From positions 1 to 43,977 of IMG/VR virus record IMGVR_UViG_3300049926_000090: a DNA stretch of 43,977 nt; one strand, 5' to 3'. The notes beneath the pieces are model-generated. The model ran no database searches. It was not told where the DNA came from and saw nothing but the letters and a program-made list of their open reading frames with translations. Positions 43,021-43,977 of this stretch are shown here, piece by piece. Each line of letters opens with the position of its first letter. Positions within the stretch are counted from its first letter, which is position 1. The stretch comes from a virus (lineage: Duplodnaviria; Caudoviricetes). Both the position numbers and the translations under genes were made by a program.

Positions 43021-43628
43021 GTCAGTCCCCCCGCGGGGATCAAAAGCCCCGAGTCGGACGTCTCCATCGGCGTCGTGACCCCGCCCGCGTAGGGCCTGTG
43101 GGGGGCGTGGCCCCGATCGGTGCGCTTGTACTCGCCGCCGTCGCCCGACACCCGCTTGGCGGCCCGGTAGGCGAGGGCGACTTCGTCTTCGCCCTGCTCT
43201 TTCTCGAGCAACGCCTGCCGTATCCGCGCCCGCTCCTCGTCTTCTTCGCCCTTGCGGATCTTCTCGAGCGCCCCCGGCTTCCAGAGGTCGCGTTCTTTCA
43301 TCTCCTCGACGATCGCGAGCTCGGGGTCGCGGTACTCCCAGTTCGGCCCGCAGATCGGGAAGTAGGCGTTCTGGGGGTGGGTGAGGAGCTTGATATGCCA
43401 GCGGCCGGGGATCACTCCCGGCCCCCGTTCCTTCGGGTGTAGCTCCCCGGCTCGAGGAGAGATTTTTACGACGCGGAGGCGATCGTCGAGCAAGCGCAGC
43501 TCACGCTCGAGCCTCTGCGCTTGCGGGTCGTCGCCGACCTCCTCCATCCTCTCGCGGAGGGCGTTGATCGCCCGCATTCTCTCCTCGCGGCTGACCGGGA
43601 CGACCAGCCCCGCCGGGGTGGTGGGCAT
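43017..43628 (-). CDS. Conserved hypothetical virion-module protein
   Basis: 203 aa between the capsid decoration gene and the adaptor. Confidence 0.65.
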   Translation of the reverse strand: MPTTPAGLVVPVSREERMRAINALRERMEEVGDDPQAQRLERELRLLDDRLRVVKISPRAGELHPKERGPGVIPGRWHIKLLTHPQNAYFPICGPNWEYRDPELAIVEEMKERDLWKPGALEKIRKGEEDEERARIRQALLEKEQGEDEVALAYRAAKRVSGDGGEYKRTDRGHAPHRPYAGGVTTPMETSDSGLLIPAGGLT

Positions 43629-43634
43629 GGTCGC

Positions 43635-43977
43635 TTAGCTCCCGAAGGCGAAGACCAGCGCGGTCGGTTTTTTGACTTCGGCTTCGTTGGCGACCTCGGC
43701 CGGCGTCTCGTCGAAGAGCTTGAGCGTCTCTTCCGCCGGGTCGTAGATCACGTTGGCGATGTTGACCGCGCCGTCGCTGACGTCGGTCAGCACCGCCCAG
43801 CCGTAGACGACTCGCTCGAGCCCAACGTCGGCGGGAGTGAGTTTGTCGGCCTGCAGGTATTTGGTCGGGAAGGTGACGGGGGTGACCGTCATCTTCAGAT
43901 TTCCCGGAGGGGCCTTCTTGCGGGGACGGGCGCCGATCGCCAATGCCGCGAAGGCGAAGAGCGGTACTGCGAGTCGC
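43635..43977 (-). CDS. Putative capsid decoration protein (spans the circular junction; true start GTG at window position 135)
   Basis: The frame continues through the repeat to MFKRLAVPLFAFAALAIGARPRKK (116 aa), with AAAGGAG RBS. It directly follows the MCP. YDP..E.LKLF...AEVAN motif. Confidence 0.65.
   Translation of the reverse strand, partial: RLAVPLFAFAALAIGARPRKKAPPGNLKMTVTPVTFPTKYLQADKLTPADVGLERVVYGWAVLTDVSDGAVNIANVIYDPAEETLKLFDETPAEVANEAEVKKPTALVFAFGS
43851..43977. repeat. Terminal direct repeat, copy 2
   Basis: Identical to 1-127. Confidence 0.95.

Overview
The window is a complete, circularly assembled tailed-phage genome of about 43,850 bp. Positions 1-127 repeat exactly at 43851-43977, and one gene reads across that join. 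It is high-GC. The architecture is podovirus-like (P22/T7-type short tail: no tape measure, no tail tube or sheath, large internal-virion proteins), and the host is probably an actinobacterium, with Thermoleophilia/Solirubrobacterales as an inference. Most genes lie on the minus strand. The late module runs terminase small/large, portal, scaffold, major capsid, adaptor, tail tube/nozzle, collagen-repeat tail fibre, four Arg/Gly-rich internal virion proteins, membrane proteins, CHAP endolysin, holin and RusA. The replication module has a catalytic-domain-only tyrosine recombinase, a lambda-O-like initiator with internal iterons, DnaB, a PD-(D/E)XK nuclease, an AAA_24/Sak4 ATPase, an SSB-like protein and an HNH protein. 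A plus-strand putative early operon (12868-15597) follows a likely genome-end/packaging region. The most striking features are non-coding. (i) Two minimal tRNA-elbow mimics (5-bp plus 7-bp coaxial stem, TTCGATT loop, UGG linker, covarying) sit exactly between early genes. (ii) A tRNA-like RNA with an expanded, structured anticodon arm lies inside a roughly 500-nt structured non-coding locus. (iii) Four CGGA(A)CAAG bulged hairpins lie across the scaffold translation start. (iv) GTCTTAC operator arrays are shared by an RHH gene and the capsid operon. (v) A 30-bp repeat precedes both the scaffold/capsid genes and the lysin gene. Notable proteins include a stand-alone terminase N-terminal fragment with a broken Walker A and a secreted metzincin protease. 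All functional calls come from motif recognition by eye; no searches were run.
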